A DNA stretch of 64,000 bases. Origin: Alloascoidea hylecoeti. Taxonomy: Eukaryota. The first letter of the stretch is position 1, and every line of letters begins with the position of its first letter. This document shows positions 35,303 through 47,806 of the stretch, piece after piece. A program made the translations under genes and the position numbers. The notes under the pieces were generated by a model. That model worked only from the letters and a program-made list of their open reading frames with translations. It had not been told where the DNA came from and made no database searches. Location of the stretch: NCBI GenBank assembly GCA_001600815.1, contig BCKZ01000011.1:351622-415621 (forward strand), in the 5' to 3' direction.

Positions 35303-38300
35303 ATGCACCCGATAACCCTCTTTTTTGGTTCCGGCATCCCAGTTTTCTGGCGAATAATGGGAGATCAGTTAAACGACGGAGCCTTAGTAGAAAATGATAT
35401 TCTTAAATTTTGGGGGCTTAAAATAAATACTGTATATAAGTTTTTGCTGGCCGATAAAAATGGTGGCGTTATGATCAAACCAGTGAAAAGATATATACGA
35501 CCCTTTTTTCCTGCTAATGTTCCTGAATCTGAATTAGATTCAAAACTACAGGAATTATTTATCACCTTAAACGAGTACGGAGTTACTGTTGATGGAAAGC
35601 CAGGCCCTCAACATGATGGTGTATATAGAATTGGTGGTGGTTTACCAACAAAAAGTGTCGATGGCTTGCCGGTTCAAAATTGTTTCAAATGTTCATATTG
35701 TGGAGGGATATTCGAAAAGTATTTGAATATTCATGCTTCAATTGCCCATCCTAACGTATCAACTGATTCCATGAATGCTATTCCTATATTGGCGCAAAGG
35801 ATGTCCAAACATAAACATAAGCCATACTTTGAAGTGTTTCTTGAAACGGAAAAGAGTAACACGCCCGCTATGGCAATACCTCAATCCCAAATACCATCAA
35901 TAACAAGTGATTCAAATCCTGACCCTCCCTCTAAATCCAAAATCAAAATTAAAAGTTATACAGACGTTGTTCCTGAATTAGATTTATTTATTTCTACTTG
36001 TAACCCAAGTTCTTATTTGAATGCCTGTCTCTCTACTTCAGATTTTGAAATTTATACATTTGATAAAAGTTCAAATAGAGGCAATAATCTTTTCCTCTTA
36101 GGAAAGGAATATATTCAGAAAATGCATAGTATCCTCGATTCCAATCCTAGTATTGCCGATGTCTTTGATGGTATATCCCATGTTTCTTTAAAATCACAGA
36201 GTGATATTAGAAGCTGGGTTCAAATATTATGGGTTGTGATCCAATCATATTCTCCTTTACAAGAATCAACTATAAATATTAAACCACTAATTGGTTGGAA
36301 GTTAGAAAATGCAATCATTGTATTATTACGTGTTCTTGATGGTCCCGAAATTAAAAAGCCTGAAGATTCATATTTAATTATTTTTCATGAATTTGTTAGA
36401 GCATTGATAGAAACGAAAATATCATCTTTAACCTTTAAAATTTTCAAAGATGGTGATAAATCTAAAGAATTACCTGATAATTTACGTGATCCATTTGTTT
36501 TTGCATTAACTTTTGTTTATATAAAAGAACAAGGATCAAGGGCTCTTTTTGGTCCTCTTGAAATATTCTATTTTGCATCTTATATCTATGAATATAATAG
36601 GGTACTTGAAACATCAGATCAAGAAATAGCCAATGAATCATTAATTTCAAATCTTGAACTTTGGTTAACAACTGAAACACAAACACCTTTTTCTTTTAGT
36701 ATGCAAATGAGAGCGGTAACACAGCATAAAGATCGTATTGAAAAGACCTTCGAAAGATGTGAATTTATAAATTCGAATGAAGTCATAAAATATAAAGATT
36801 CAAAATTATCTTTAGATGAAGCAAAAGGATTAATTGATGATTTAATTTTTACATGGCATGAATTATTAAAAAACAGACTTGCTAAAGATATTAAAGTCCC
36901 ATTACCTGAAGAAGCAATTAAAGAATTTTCTAATTATCGAGATGTTATTGATTGTAATGATGATGGCTATTCTTTCATTGATGATCCTGCTAATAATTTT
37001 AAAGCTTCTTTTGATACAACTGATTTAGAAAAATTTGCTTTGGATTCACAATCAAAATGGCTTGATATTTGTACTACAATGCATAAAACATTATTCACTT
37101 TGATATCTCTTATTTCTTATCCTTCAATAAATAGATTAAGAGAATGTGCATTGATGACTTATCGAAATGCTAAAAATGATATTCGAAATTTATATTTAAC
37201 TCCTCAAGGTTTATATTATGTTTTAAATATTGATGAAGCATCAGAAGCCGAGAAACCTTCAAATAAGATTTTAAATAAACATGGAATTTCAACAAATCGT
37301 ATCATTCCTCCTTTAATTGCTAGAATGATTATCTATACATTAGCTTATATTCGACCCATTGAGTTTAAACTTCTTGAACAATCGAAAACTTCTACATTCT
37401 CACAATATTTATTTTTCAACAAAGGTGGGAAAGGTGGGAAAGTAAAAGATAGAACCTGTTATTCCTATCGATCTGATATTTTAAGTGATTCGAAATATCT
37501 AAGTACATGTGCTGTTGGTGATTTAACACCTTTATTAGATTATTACTTAAATTGTACTGTTTCAAATTCTGTCTATGTTGCTTCTTTATTTGATTCATTA
37601 TCTTATAATCGTCGTGATGCAAGTGCAATGCTGATAATTACAAATTTTTTAAAATATGATTGGGAGAAATTACTGAGAGAATCGAGTAAAGTAACATGGT
37701 TTACATCTTTACCAGGAGTTGATCCAAATATGATGTTTTTATTTGAAACTGTTTCATTGAATACATTAAATGTTTTGAATATTCCTTTAAGTGTAAAGGA
37801 TATTAATATTAGTGTGAATATGAATATGAATAAAAAAGACGATACTGTCAAAGATACAAAATCAAATATAAAAAATACACCCAAAAGGTCAAAAAGATTA
37901 GTGACTCTATCGAGCGAAGAAGAAGAGACATCGGAAAATGAATTTTCAACAAATGAAGATAAAGATGGCGATAACTATCGTGAGTCCTCTGTAGAGAATG
38001 ATGCTAATTCTGATGAAGATGATAATGAAAGCGACGAACCATTATCAAAATTTGTTGTCACAGATGAAGACACACACAAAGAAACTACTCCAAATAAATT
38101 TAAAAAAATGAAACGTTTACAAAAAGCAAACAGTAAAATCGCTACTGCTGAAAAACGTGGTCTGGGAAGATTAACACAGAACAACTCTGTTGCAGAATCA
38201 GTACCTGGGGAAACTACTCAACCCCCTCTTAAACGACTCAAGCGTGATTCAATCCCATCTCTTCCAAAAATGCCAGTATTAAATCCTTCTAACAATAGCA

Positions 38301-38907
38301 ACAGCAATGTTAACAATAATAACAAAGCCTATAAACTTAAACAATCGCAACCGGCAATGTCATTACCAAGGAAGCCAGTAATGAAATCAAGAATATTCAC
38401 ACAAACAAAACCAGCTCTCATACAAAAAAAATCATCCCTTCAAAAACCCCCACAACCACTTACTTTTTCTGATTCTGATAAAGAATCAAATCTATCACCA
38501 GTTACTTCTCCTCCATCTTCTCCAATTCCTATTCCCAAAATGAATATAGTACCACAGCATGAATTTGAAAGATCTGCAGATGAAGTCTTTGATCACCAAA
38601 GGCAGTTATTGAATGATATTTCAAATACTAGATTGGCATATATAAGCTTCTATAATAGACAAAAGATTAGGGATGCTGAACGTGAGGTTATAAAGGAAGA
38701 TATTACAAAACGGATAAATAAAATGAGTTCAAGGTATGTTTTTAAATTGATATTTTCATAAATTAAATATGTTTACTAACTTACTATTTGTATTTTTTTT
38801 TTTACAGGTTGGATGAAATGATACTGAAAAAACGATTGATGAGGGAAAAATTCCAAGTTGTTCAAGATTCTGTTAATAAATATTTAAGATATAATAAATT
38901 TAAGTAG
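35303..38907 (+). CDS. Large protein related to the N-terminal region of fungal telomere-linked helicase/DUF3505 proteins; no helicase domain; 3' intron 38734-38807; 5' end uncertain
   Basis: DGLPV..CFKCSYC..HASIAH zinc finger, QR....YFEV, D....GYSFIDDPAN, R.RE...MTYRN....RNLY, R.IP..IARMIIY.LAYIRP; intron GTATGT..TACTAAC..TACAG restores a C-terminal exon. Confidence 0.7.
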
Positions 38908-39485
38908 GTTATAATTAACATAAAATAAGGCCTGGAATCTAAGGACTACTTTTGGGAATCTTCGCATTCTCATGTCATCCAACTAAATCCTACTCTGCTA
39001 CGTACTTTATCTTATAAGTGAAAGGATTTACGTTTTTATCAAAGAATTAGTTAACAAATTTATGATAAAATAAATTGTGTTTCTATCTTTAATGATCGTT
39101 ATCATACCATTAGTTCTATATGAATTAATATTCATTTGAATCATCAGGAAAAAAGATGAGGCAACCAAGACCACCCACTTACGAAAATTGTTTCAATCAA
39201 TCCTTGTATTGCAGAAGATACAGGGAAATAATTGAAATAAAATCAATTTTAAGGCCAAAAATGACATACATGTATAAGTAGATCATCTTTAGGAAGGCAT
39301 TAACTGATTATCCACTTAACGATCTATAAATTCACATAGGCTTATATACATTTAAATATAAATAAAATAATGAAGATAATAAGGAAAGAAAAAAACATTC
39401 CAATTGTTGGTCTATATAATGTTAATATTTAAGTTTTGCTTTATGCATATAAAGAACTCTTTAAAAGTGGAAATCATACATAATA

Positions 39486-39786
39486 TGTTATAATATACTT
39501 TATTTATACCGTATGACGTATCTACAATAAACATTGTATTATTATATTTCATTGAATCATCTAGCTGTTGAATATTATTGACATTCTATTAAAATCAGCT
39601 ATTGCTATTGACCTGATGGTTGAGGGTACGGTTGAGGGATCGGATGAAATCTCGGCTGAAACCTTGGTTGAGGATTTTGATTCTCTTTTTCCTATCGATA
39701 TCGAAGGATATTTTGATTCCGGACCTTTCATAGTTATTACAAACCGGTTAAGATTTGTCGCACTTGTGGTGTCTTAATTTATAACA
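39486..39786. mobile_element. Possible solo LTR (301 bp)
   Basis: Termini TGTTATAA...TTATAACA; no clean target-site duplication. Confidence 0.35.
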
Positions 39787-40150
39787 ATAAAAGCTGCCTT
39801 ATACAGATGAGTGCATGGATATTTTTGCAGGACTATTTCCTCATATCGTATTATGTAGAGTTGCATACTATTTTTTTTTATCTGGAGACCGAAATTTTGC
39901 GCGTTGTTCATTATAGAACTATTTAATTAAATAATGAAGCCTGAAATAAGGCTTACTTAGAAACGAGGTTAAATATATTTCAGGAGACCTTAAATTTTAA
40001 ATATTTAGAAATAGAATAAAAGTATAAGAATAGTTAGAAACTTTGATTATCATATGCATTGCCCCAGTTTCATTTCTGTATCTCAAACCTCTCTACATTT
40101 TAATCAACCCTCCACACTCTCCATTCTTTTTACACCATCCATCTACAACA

Positions 40151-40843
40151 ATGAGCAACGAAACCTACCCTATTGACCAGAAAATCCCATTCTTGGAAGA
40201 TATTGAAAGCCAAGCAGTGGATAACTCTGATGCTGAAACATTAACTGAAACTCTAGTCAACAAAGATGATGACGAGTTACTCCCCACACCAAACGAAAAG
40301 CCTGGCATTTTAAAACGTGTTATTTTGTGTTGCATCTGTATTTCACTTGTTTTCAGTACATTGTCATCTATAAGTAGTTTAGTTGAATATATCTATAGAG
40401 ATGATTTGAATGAAATTGTTGTTTTGGAAACCCCTCCTACCACGGAAACGCCACCAACTATGATTACATTTATTACTTATGATAAGGATATGAATTCAGA
40501 AAAAATTACAATCACTATTGATGTAGATTCATCACCATTATTTAATGAAGCTAATCATAATTTACGTCCTATTACTCCTTCGTTCGATGCTGATGATGTT
40601 AAATTATTGGAAGAACTAATGAATAGTGAAATTGAAAAGATTAATAGTGCTGAAATTGAAATGACTAATAATAATGATATTGATGAGGTTGATACTGTTA
40701 AATGGGAAAATGATGAGACTTCTAGCTGGGAGACTTCTAGCTGGGAGAATGATGGTGTTGAAGAAATTGATACTTCTAATTGGGAAAATGATGATGGAGA
40801 TTTTATTTTTGAATTCCCAATTGAAACTGAAACTGAAAATTAA
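40151..40843 (+). CDS. Uncharacterised single-pass membrane protein with acidic repetitive C-terminus
   Basis: ATG at 40151; one hydrophobic segment (VILCCICISLVFSTL); WEND/ETSSW repeats. Confidence 0.65.
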   Translation: MSNETYPIDQKIPFLEDIESQAVDNSDAETLTETLVNKDDDELLPTPNEKPGILKRVILCCICISLVFSTLSSISSLVEYIYRDDLNEIVVLETPPTTETPPTMITFITYDKDMNSEKITITIDVDSSPLFNEANHNLRPITPSFDADDVKLLEELMNSEIEKINSAEIEMTNNNDIDEVDTVKWENDETSSWETSSWENDGVEEIDTSNWENDDGDFIFEFPIETETEN

Positions 40844-41419
40844 ACTGGTTTAAGAACATTTTTTATAATATATATATTTTGGAAATAATATGTTGGTTTA
40901 AGTATGGGGATCTAGGGACGTATCGAGAGAATAAATATATTAATATAATTTAGGATTGGTATAATACCCCATTTTATTTGAATTTTGTTTAATTTAGTTA
41001 TGCTATACAGTCTATCGCAGAAATCCTATAAAAGAAGTATGAGTATTATCAAATAATCAAGACTATTAAATGTCATTAATTGCAAAGGTAACTACGATTT
41101 GTAATTAGTTGTTGTGTAATAATAAGCTGAAGTAGAGATGTTATAATTATAAAGTTGAATATAAAGCCTTTGTCAATTGCAACTCTTTTATTAGCAACAT
41201 ATACTGATTTAATGGGATGCAGAGAGTATAGGTTAAGCGTATAGGTACACATACAACCGCAATGGTGTTTATGTATTTTTATATTGGGGGTTTAAATAAA
41301 TACTTACCATACAATCAACTAGACAGGACAACATTAATTTTAATCTTCTGAGATATTGATGGAGCTCGAGCTCAAGATATTCCAAAGCATGACCTCTATT
41401 GTAGTTACGCTTAGTTGTT

Positions 41420-41860
41420 ATCCATTGAATTAGAGCTATATTCATGTGTCATATTGTGAATTCGATGATAATTTTATGTCAGAAAAAGCATTTATGGATT
41501 GTTATATACAAGGATTAAAAAATAACATCAAACTACAAGTTCAGGTATTTGGCCCCGTTTCCCTCAATGACGCATATGTGAAAGCCATTGATATTGATAG
41601 CCATTTGAATACTTTCGGAACACAAATAACAAAAGAGAGAGATGAATCAAACAAGTAACAAAGAGATATGACCCACATCTCGTACCAGACTTCATATCAA
41701 CGATGAAATGATAAATAAACCCCAAAATTAAATCATGAAGGTGATACTATTATGTAAGTGAATGTAACCGATAATGAGAGGGAAAAGTTATTTAGAGAAA
41801 GACGTTATTTTAACTGTTGACAAACTGGTCATATTGGACTCTATTGCAAGAAATTGAAAG
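41420..41860 (+). mobile_element. Ty3/gypsy gag remnant
   Basis: YIQGLKNNIKLQV...PVSLNDAYVKAIDID capsid motif and a degenerate zinc knuckle EREKLFRERRYFNC*QTGHIGLYC at about 41776-41850. Confidence 0.75.
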
Positions 41861-42705
41861 AACCAATATTATCACATCCTCCTATCTCAGAATATATGGA
41901 GCGATCCTGAATTTAGCATTTTTGGTGGCTTCGTGTATTTGGGTAGTACCTCATTATATATCATAATTAGCTATTCAATAGATATAATATACTTATTGAA
42001 ATTGTCAGGTAGTATTTCGACAAATACTCTAATTTAGCCATCTATCTATTTACTTTCAATACTCATTACTATATAATATATCTTATCTAATCTACTAAAT
42101 CTAGTACCACTCTTTATATATTCTAATCTGGCAACCTATTAAAGACCATTTAAATATTCAACTCTGATGTATTATATTAAATAATACAACAGAAAATTCA
42201 CGTTAAAAAATCATACCTAGAGTGGTCCCAAGTGTTACCTTACAGATATACAAAAGAATATATAGGCGCTTTTTTTGATTATAAATGTGGTACAAAGTAC
42301 TACAATCTAAACAAATAATTATCAATACATATGACTAAATTAAAATAACAATATGTGAAGATATGTACCCATCTATTTCTTTCGAAATCAATTAGTACAT
42401 TCTGTATATGATTTATTGACCATAATAAACCTTTTTTTCTTCGTGTTTATTCAATTTAAACTCGTCTTTGGAAAAGAAAATGTTAGCCTATAAATAGCAA
42501 TAATAATAACAATACCTAGCTACTGAAGTTAATATTAAATAAAATTTTCCTTTGAACTTGATTTGGCTTGCGATTGGTTCAAATAAAATTAATCATCAGT
42601 TTAAACCTCAAGAATTGAATAATCAATTGCAGTTGTTACCTTTATTCATGTTATTGGTACTTTTAAAGATTTCTTACTTTCTTTTTTAATAGTAATTATA
42701 ATCAA

Positions 42706-44775
42706 TTACAACTTCATTTTTTTCAAACCTTGACCATTTGTATAATATTCATCCTCGTCAGCGTCATCCCCTCGGATTTCTTCAATAACATCATCTTCTA
42801 TTGCTCTTTTTGTATGATTATTTGAACTATTATTATTTCCATTCTTATCTTCCGTTGTATCCATATAAATATTACTCTCACCATTAATATCATTATTGTT
42901 CATAGGATTTGTAGTAGAAATGTTATTATTATTTAAACCACCTTCAATATTTGGTGTTAAATATTCATCAAATAATTTTTGTTCATCACTAGCTACAGGT
43001 ACCGTTATATTACTTGATATTTGATTTTGAGGGTCAGATTGTACATCATCATTATATATATCTGCATTTGATAAAAGTGGACCTAAATCTGCTAGCCAAT
43101 TACTAACTTGTTGTATTGATTTACCTTGCATATCAATATTTTTTGATAAATTTTCTAAAAATTGATCATTTTCAGATAGTTTATCTATTCGTTCCTGTGG
43201 TATAGATGGTGAAAATGGAGCTAAGGCCAAGCTATTGTTATTATTATTTGAGTTTGAATTTGGGATACCCAATGGTGGTGAATTTAAATTTTGCAATGGA
43301 GTTGATTTTGCTTTTGAATTGTTTTTTGGATTGGGTGTAGTTGGTATGGATTGTATATTAGGATATGATGAATGTAACTGTGGTTGAGTTCTTAACGCAT
43401 TATTATTATTATGATTTGTTGGTGAAGGTGTGTCGATATTGTTATGATGTAGTTCAGGAAATAAAGATCGCGGAGAATCAGTTAACTGATCAACATAAGA
43501 AGGAAATGAAGGTTCATATAAAAATCCATCATGTGACAAATCAGTTGGTGAGTTGATAACTGCCGATGCATCTGGTATAGTAGTCATTGGAATTGAAGAA
43601 GTTGAATTAATATGTGGGATATGTGAACTAGAACCAGGAGTAATACTATAATGTCTACCATTGTGATTTATATTACTAGTTCCAGGAGTTGCAGTAACGC
43701 TTGAGATTTCTGAAGGTGGTATTGAATTTATTTCAAGTATTGGACTAGTGTTAGAATAATCATCGTTACCACCATGTGTTAATAATAATTGTTGGGCACT
43801 TTGTCCACCACCTCTTGGATTTGCTATATCATTCATATTAAACTTTGATAATCCACGAGAATCACTAGAATCAACTTCCAAAATCTTAGATTGATTACCG
43901 TATAAAGAAGCTAAAAATCTTAATATTCTATCCAAAGTTTCTGAATGACTTTTATGTTTTTCACGAGATAAATAATATTCTTTCCATAGCATATCATTGT
44001 CTTTTCTAACACTTCTTAAATCTTCAGAGATTGCAACCTGATTTTTTCTAATTGTTTCTAATTCATTTAAAATTATTTGAAAATCCATTTCTTCTTCTTC
44101 AAAATTTTCATTATTTCCATAAGTTATCCCACCATCAAATTCATTTTTAGAATTTGATTTATTACGAACAATATTATCAAGTAAGTCTTCTCTTCCACGA
44201 ATAAAATTTGGGGATTCAAATTGCCAAACCTCTTCATTAGAATGCATTGCTCCAGCAGTTACGTCCTGTACTTTATGCCAACCGTACATATTTAGTTGTC
44301 TAACAAATGAAGAGAAATTTTGATGTTTAAAGAACTTTGGTAAAATTATCTTTTCAAACTGATCTTTATTCACTACTTGAAATGATTTACCATCGTCCAT
44401 CCATTGAATATAATCACGATACTCTTCAGTATTAACCATATTCCAAAGTTTTGTTAAAAACGCAGGTCTTGCTTTGGGACCGGTTAGTGCTTTTCTTTTA
44501 GAAGGATGCTGAAGTTGTTGCTTACGGCTCTGAAATTTCTTCACCAAAGCTGTTGTAGCATTTAATTGCGGTAAATCTGTATTCGAATCAGCAATAGAAG
44601 ATGTTGAGTTCCAGTCTATATCATTCATAGTAGGATGGGATAAAGGTGCAAGGATGCCCTTCGGAACAGTTGATAATTGCAAATTATTATTGTTATTGGT
44701 GGTGTTGATGGTGTTAGCACTAGGATTGATGCCTTGGTTAATGCCATTGTGATCTTCACCGTTATCAAGTACCAT
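42706..44775 (-). CDS. HSF1: Heat shock transcription factor
   Basis: PAFLTKLWNMV...FKHQNFSSFVRQLNMYGWHKVQDV HSF DNA-binding domain followed by the trimerisation coiled coil. Confidence 0.96.
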   Translation of the reverse strand: MVLDNGEDHNGINQGINPSANTINTTNNNNNLQLSTVPKGILAPLSHPTMNDIDWNSTSSIADSNTDLPQLNATTALVKKFQSRKQQLQHPSKRKALTGPKARPAFLTKLWNMVNTEEYRDYIQWMDDGKSFQVVNKDQFEKIILPKFFKHQNFSSFVRQLNMYGWHKVQDVTAGAMHSNEEVWQFESPNFIRGREDLLDNIVRNKSNSKNEFDGGITYGNNENFEEEEMDFQIILNELETIRKNQVAISEDLRSVRKDNDMLWKEYYLSREKHKSHSETLDRILRFLASLYGNQSKILEVDSSDSRGLSKFNMNDIANPRGGGQSAQQLLLTHGGNDDYSNTSPILEINSIPPSEISSVTATPGTSNINHNGRHYSITPGSSSHIPHINSTSSIPMTTIPDASAVINSPTDLSHDGFLYEPSFPSYVDQLTDSPRSLFPELHHNNIDTPSPTNHNNNNALRTQPQLHSSYPNIQSIPTTPNPKNNSKAKSTPLQNLNSPPLGIPNSNSNNNNNSLALAPFSPSIPQERIDKLSENDQFLENLSKNIDMQGKSIQQVSNWLADLGPLLSNADIYNDDVQSDPQNQISSNITVPVASDEQKLFDEYLTPNIEGGLNNNNISTTNPMNNNDINGESNIYMDTTEDKNGNNNSSNNHTKRAIEDDVIEEIRGDDADEDEYYTNGQGLKKMKL

Positions 44776-45094
44776 AATGATCTTAAGCGGTGTTCTTCAA
44801 CTTTCTTGTATAATATGAGAAGTAGTAAAATACAAAAGAAAGTTTGTATTTCTTATAATAAGCAGTAAACCTAACTTGAAAGTGATTGTTAAAAAAGAGT
44901 AGTTTTTATATTGATATAGTATAGCCAGGATGATATCAATAATCTTTTATATTAAAAGATTCGAAGGCTAGTTTGTTTTGTTCTTTTTTAAAAATATAAT
45001 GTTGGACGTGTGGGTGTTCGGTGATGACAACAAATAAAACCATATTTTAAGATTTATCTCTCTTCTTCTCCCTCCCTCCATATCCGTTAATAAG

Positions 45095-45814
45095 ATGAAT
45101 AATACTCTATCGCCTATTGTGAAAGAATTGAGGGAAAAGAAAATAATCGAGACTTTGTCATACCTTCTCAAACAGGGCGCTGTGAAAGAAAATATCCCCG
45201 TTCAACCAGACGGCTTTGCTCCGCTCTCAGCTATTGTGAATCATAGAAGAATAAATGAATCAGAGTATACCCTCGAAGAAATTATACAACACATCAAAGC
45301 CGATAAAAGAGAGCACTTCACGTTAAGAAATTTGAAAAATGATTTGAAAATACCCTCATCTGCTGTACCCCTCCAAGTCATGCAAGAAAACATTGATGAT
45401 TGGGTGATAAGGACAAACCTCAGTCAATCTTTCAATCCTATTGATACTGCTTTACAACTAAAACCTTTATATTCATTCTTAGATTTCTCTTCTCCAACAG
45501 TCATTTATGGAACTTCTATTGAGAACTTATCCTTAATCACGAAATTTGGTGGTATACCAGGAGAGAACGGAGATTATATTTATTTGACACCCTGTTCATT
45601 ATCAGAATATAATGCAATTACTAAGACGCAAAATTGTAATGTTTTTTTATATATAAATATTGTGAGAGCATTATTTGAAGGTTTAAAATTTTATTTATTC
45701 AAAGAAAATACTATAATAACAAAGGGTGAAAGTGGTCTTCTTAAATCTACTTTTATTGATAAAATTGTAGATAAAGATGGTACTGGTATTCACGTCAATT
45801 TTCTAAGGTCATAA
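45095..45814 (+). CDS. Tpt1/KptA (tRNA 2'-phosphotransferase)-like protein with substituted catalytic residues
   Basis: Collinear with yeast Tpt1 as recalled (LSYLL..AVKE, DG..PL, W.IR, .GT, .I.L.P, ..YINI..AL..G.KFY). Confidence 0.8.
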   Translation: MNNTLSPIVKELREKKIIETLSYLLKQGAVKENIPVQPDGFAPLSAIVNHRRINESEYTLEEIIQHIKADKREHFTLRNLKNDLKIPSSAVPLQVMQENIDDWVIRTNLSQSFNPIDTALQLKPLYSFLDFSSPTVIYGTSIENLSLITKFGGIPGENGDYIYLTPCSLSEYNAITKTQNCNVFLYINIVRALFEGLKFYLFKENTIITKGESGLLKSTFIDKIVDKDGTGIHVNFLRS

Positions 45815-46288
45815 TTATCGGCTGCTGTTGCTGTTGTATGTTTAAAAAATCATTATTTATCACTTAATTATATACTTTAATTTTTAAAAAAAGAAGAGAT
45901 TAAATATTATATGGAGATTACATATTACTTTTCATTATTACATAAATTTGTCATTGATATTATGATGGAAGAAATTAAACGCTGTGATACATTCAAGGGA
46001 CTAACGTAAGAAAGATCAAATGAAAGCTCATCTGGTATTGTAATCATTGGACTATTGTTGGAAGATTTATCATTAAGACCGTGTGCAATAATATAATTGT
46101 TCACAAAACTTTGTGTTTGTAATAACTCATTAGGGAGATTTTTTAACCTTACAAATAATTTCCGATTAAAATATCTGAATAATTTAGTCTTCTAACTAGA
46201 AATTATTAAATTTAAGAAATCATCCCAAGAATTTAGCAGAAACAGTAGAAGCGGTGTGGATAATCATGAAACTTCGAAGACAGAAGCT

Positions 46289-46360
46289 TCCGATATAGTG
46301 TAACGGCTAGCACGGTCCGCTTTCACCGGGCAGTTCGGGGTTCGATTCCCCGTATCGGAG
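46289..46360 (+). tRNA. tRNA-Glu (anticodon TTC)
   Basis: TCCGATA/TATCGGA acceptor stem, GTCCG-CTTTCAC-CGGGC anticodon arm, GGTTCGATTCC T-loop, downstream T-run terminator. Confidence 0.97.
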
Positions 46361-47425
46361 TCTATTATTTTTTTGAATATTGTTTCTGTCATCTGGTATG
46401 CAGTGAATATCTCAGCTTTCAATTTCACTATTATACTTGATAAGTTGATATGAGAAAGAGGAGGAGCAAGAAATGCGATAAACATTTTCAAATTGAGCAA
46501 AGCCGTTTTTTTTTTTGAATTACTCCGGATTCGGATTCGGCGAAAGTAACTAATTCTGCTCAGCGAATCTGTTACTAGAGGTTGGATTTGATATGATTAG
46601 TGATTTGATTTCTTTTCTAAAACTGAGTAGAGTGAGTCTGTAATCGGTTGGGAGTTATTAAAAATGGATCCGACTCCGGGTTTAGGAGACCCAGGAGGAT
46701 AGTCCACAGTGGATCGAGTGCAAAAATCAAAATGAACATAATTATAAACAATCCCCACGGTCCTGTATACCGCCAAATATCAAATGCAATTGCAACCCTA
46801 CTTCAAGGCCTGGGGATAAGTATTTTTAAATCACATCATTTCAGAAGGAGAAGGCACATATACTGAACTATCGGAGATGTAAATGAGGTTGTGTCAGGGT
46901 ATCCGATCAGTTTGAAATCTCACTAACGTTGACAGGGTATACCATAGATTCACAGAGGTAAGGTAGACAATTGCAAACAACATTTAATATATAAAAGCTT
47001 ATACATCAAAAATAGCAACAATAATTGTCGAACCAGGGGCAGTTGATATTATAGTTTTGAGCAACTTTACGTTATACAACCTATTCAAATATATTCAGGT
47101 ACAGAGCATTGCAGTAATCCAAAACTTCCTGAGAGAACCGAGTAGATAATTGACGGATGTTAGTAAATTGATCCTTTACCAAAGAGATAATATGATACGA
47201 TCGATATTAATACGTAATTAAATATCAAATATTTTTATATAATAATATATTAGCTATAGGCATTATAAGCTTACACGGGTATATAATTTATTGGAGTATA
47301 TATTTGTATGCCATAGTAAAATATGTACCAAAGCTCATATCCTATTGCAGATACTCACTGGCTATCTACCAATTGGACCAATTCCGTTAACATAGGTGAC
47401 AGAAATTGCTGTAGCCGCATGATTA

Positions 47426-47806
47426 TTAATTTCTTCCAACTTTGAAAACTAGTACTTTCCGTGCTATTTTAGTGAAACTAGTTTTCATGTTCAATCTAAA
47501 GTGCTTCACATTTTTAATATTTTTTAACTGTAAAATATCTTTCAACTGTAAAATATCTCTCAACTGTAAAATATCTGTTTCAATGAAATCTATTCTACAA
47601 AGAGGACAGTTTTTGTTTAATTGTGCCCATGATTTAATACACGAATCGTGATAAAGATGAAGACAGGGCTTAATTCCCGAAACAAATGATTTAGTTGCAG
47701 CCATTTTCATAACATCTTGATTTAAATTCAATGAGTCCAAGCAAATGGAACATTCATCATCATTTTCAATACATTCATTATTAGTTTTATGTTCGAATAC
47801 CTTCAT
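47426..47806 (-). CDS. Small RING-H2 finger protein (126 aa)
   Basis: CSIC...PCLHLYHDSCIKSW....NCPLCR; 18-bp tandem repeat (DILQL[R/K] x3) at 47526-47576. Confidence 0.75.
   Translation of the reverse strand: MKVFEHKTNNECIENDDECSICLDSLNLNQDVMKMAATKSFVSGIKPCLHLYHDSCIKSWAQLNKNCPLCRIDFIETDILQLRDILQLKDILQLKNIKNVKHFRLNMKTSFTKIARKVLVFKVGRN

Noticed and set aside
46500..47400. GC-richer stretch after the tRNA gene, considered as a tRNA-targeted retroelement
   Set aside because: No LTR termini or recognisable protein motifs found
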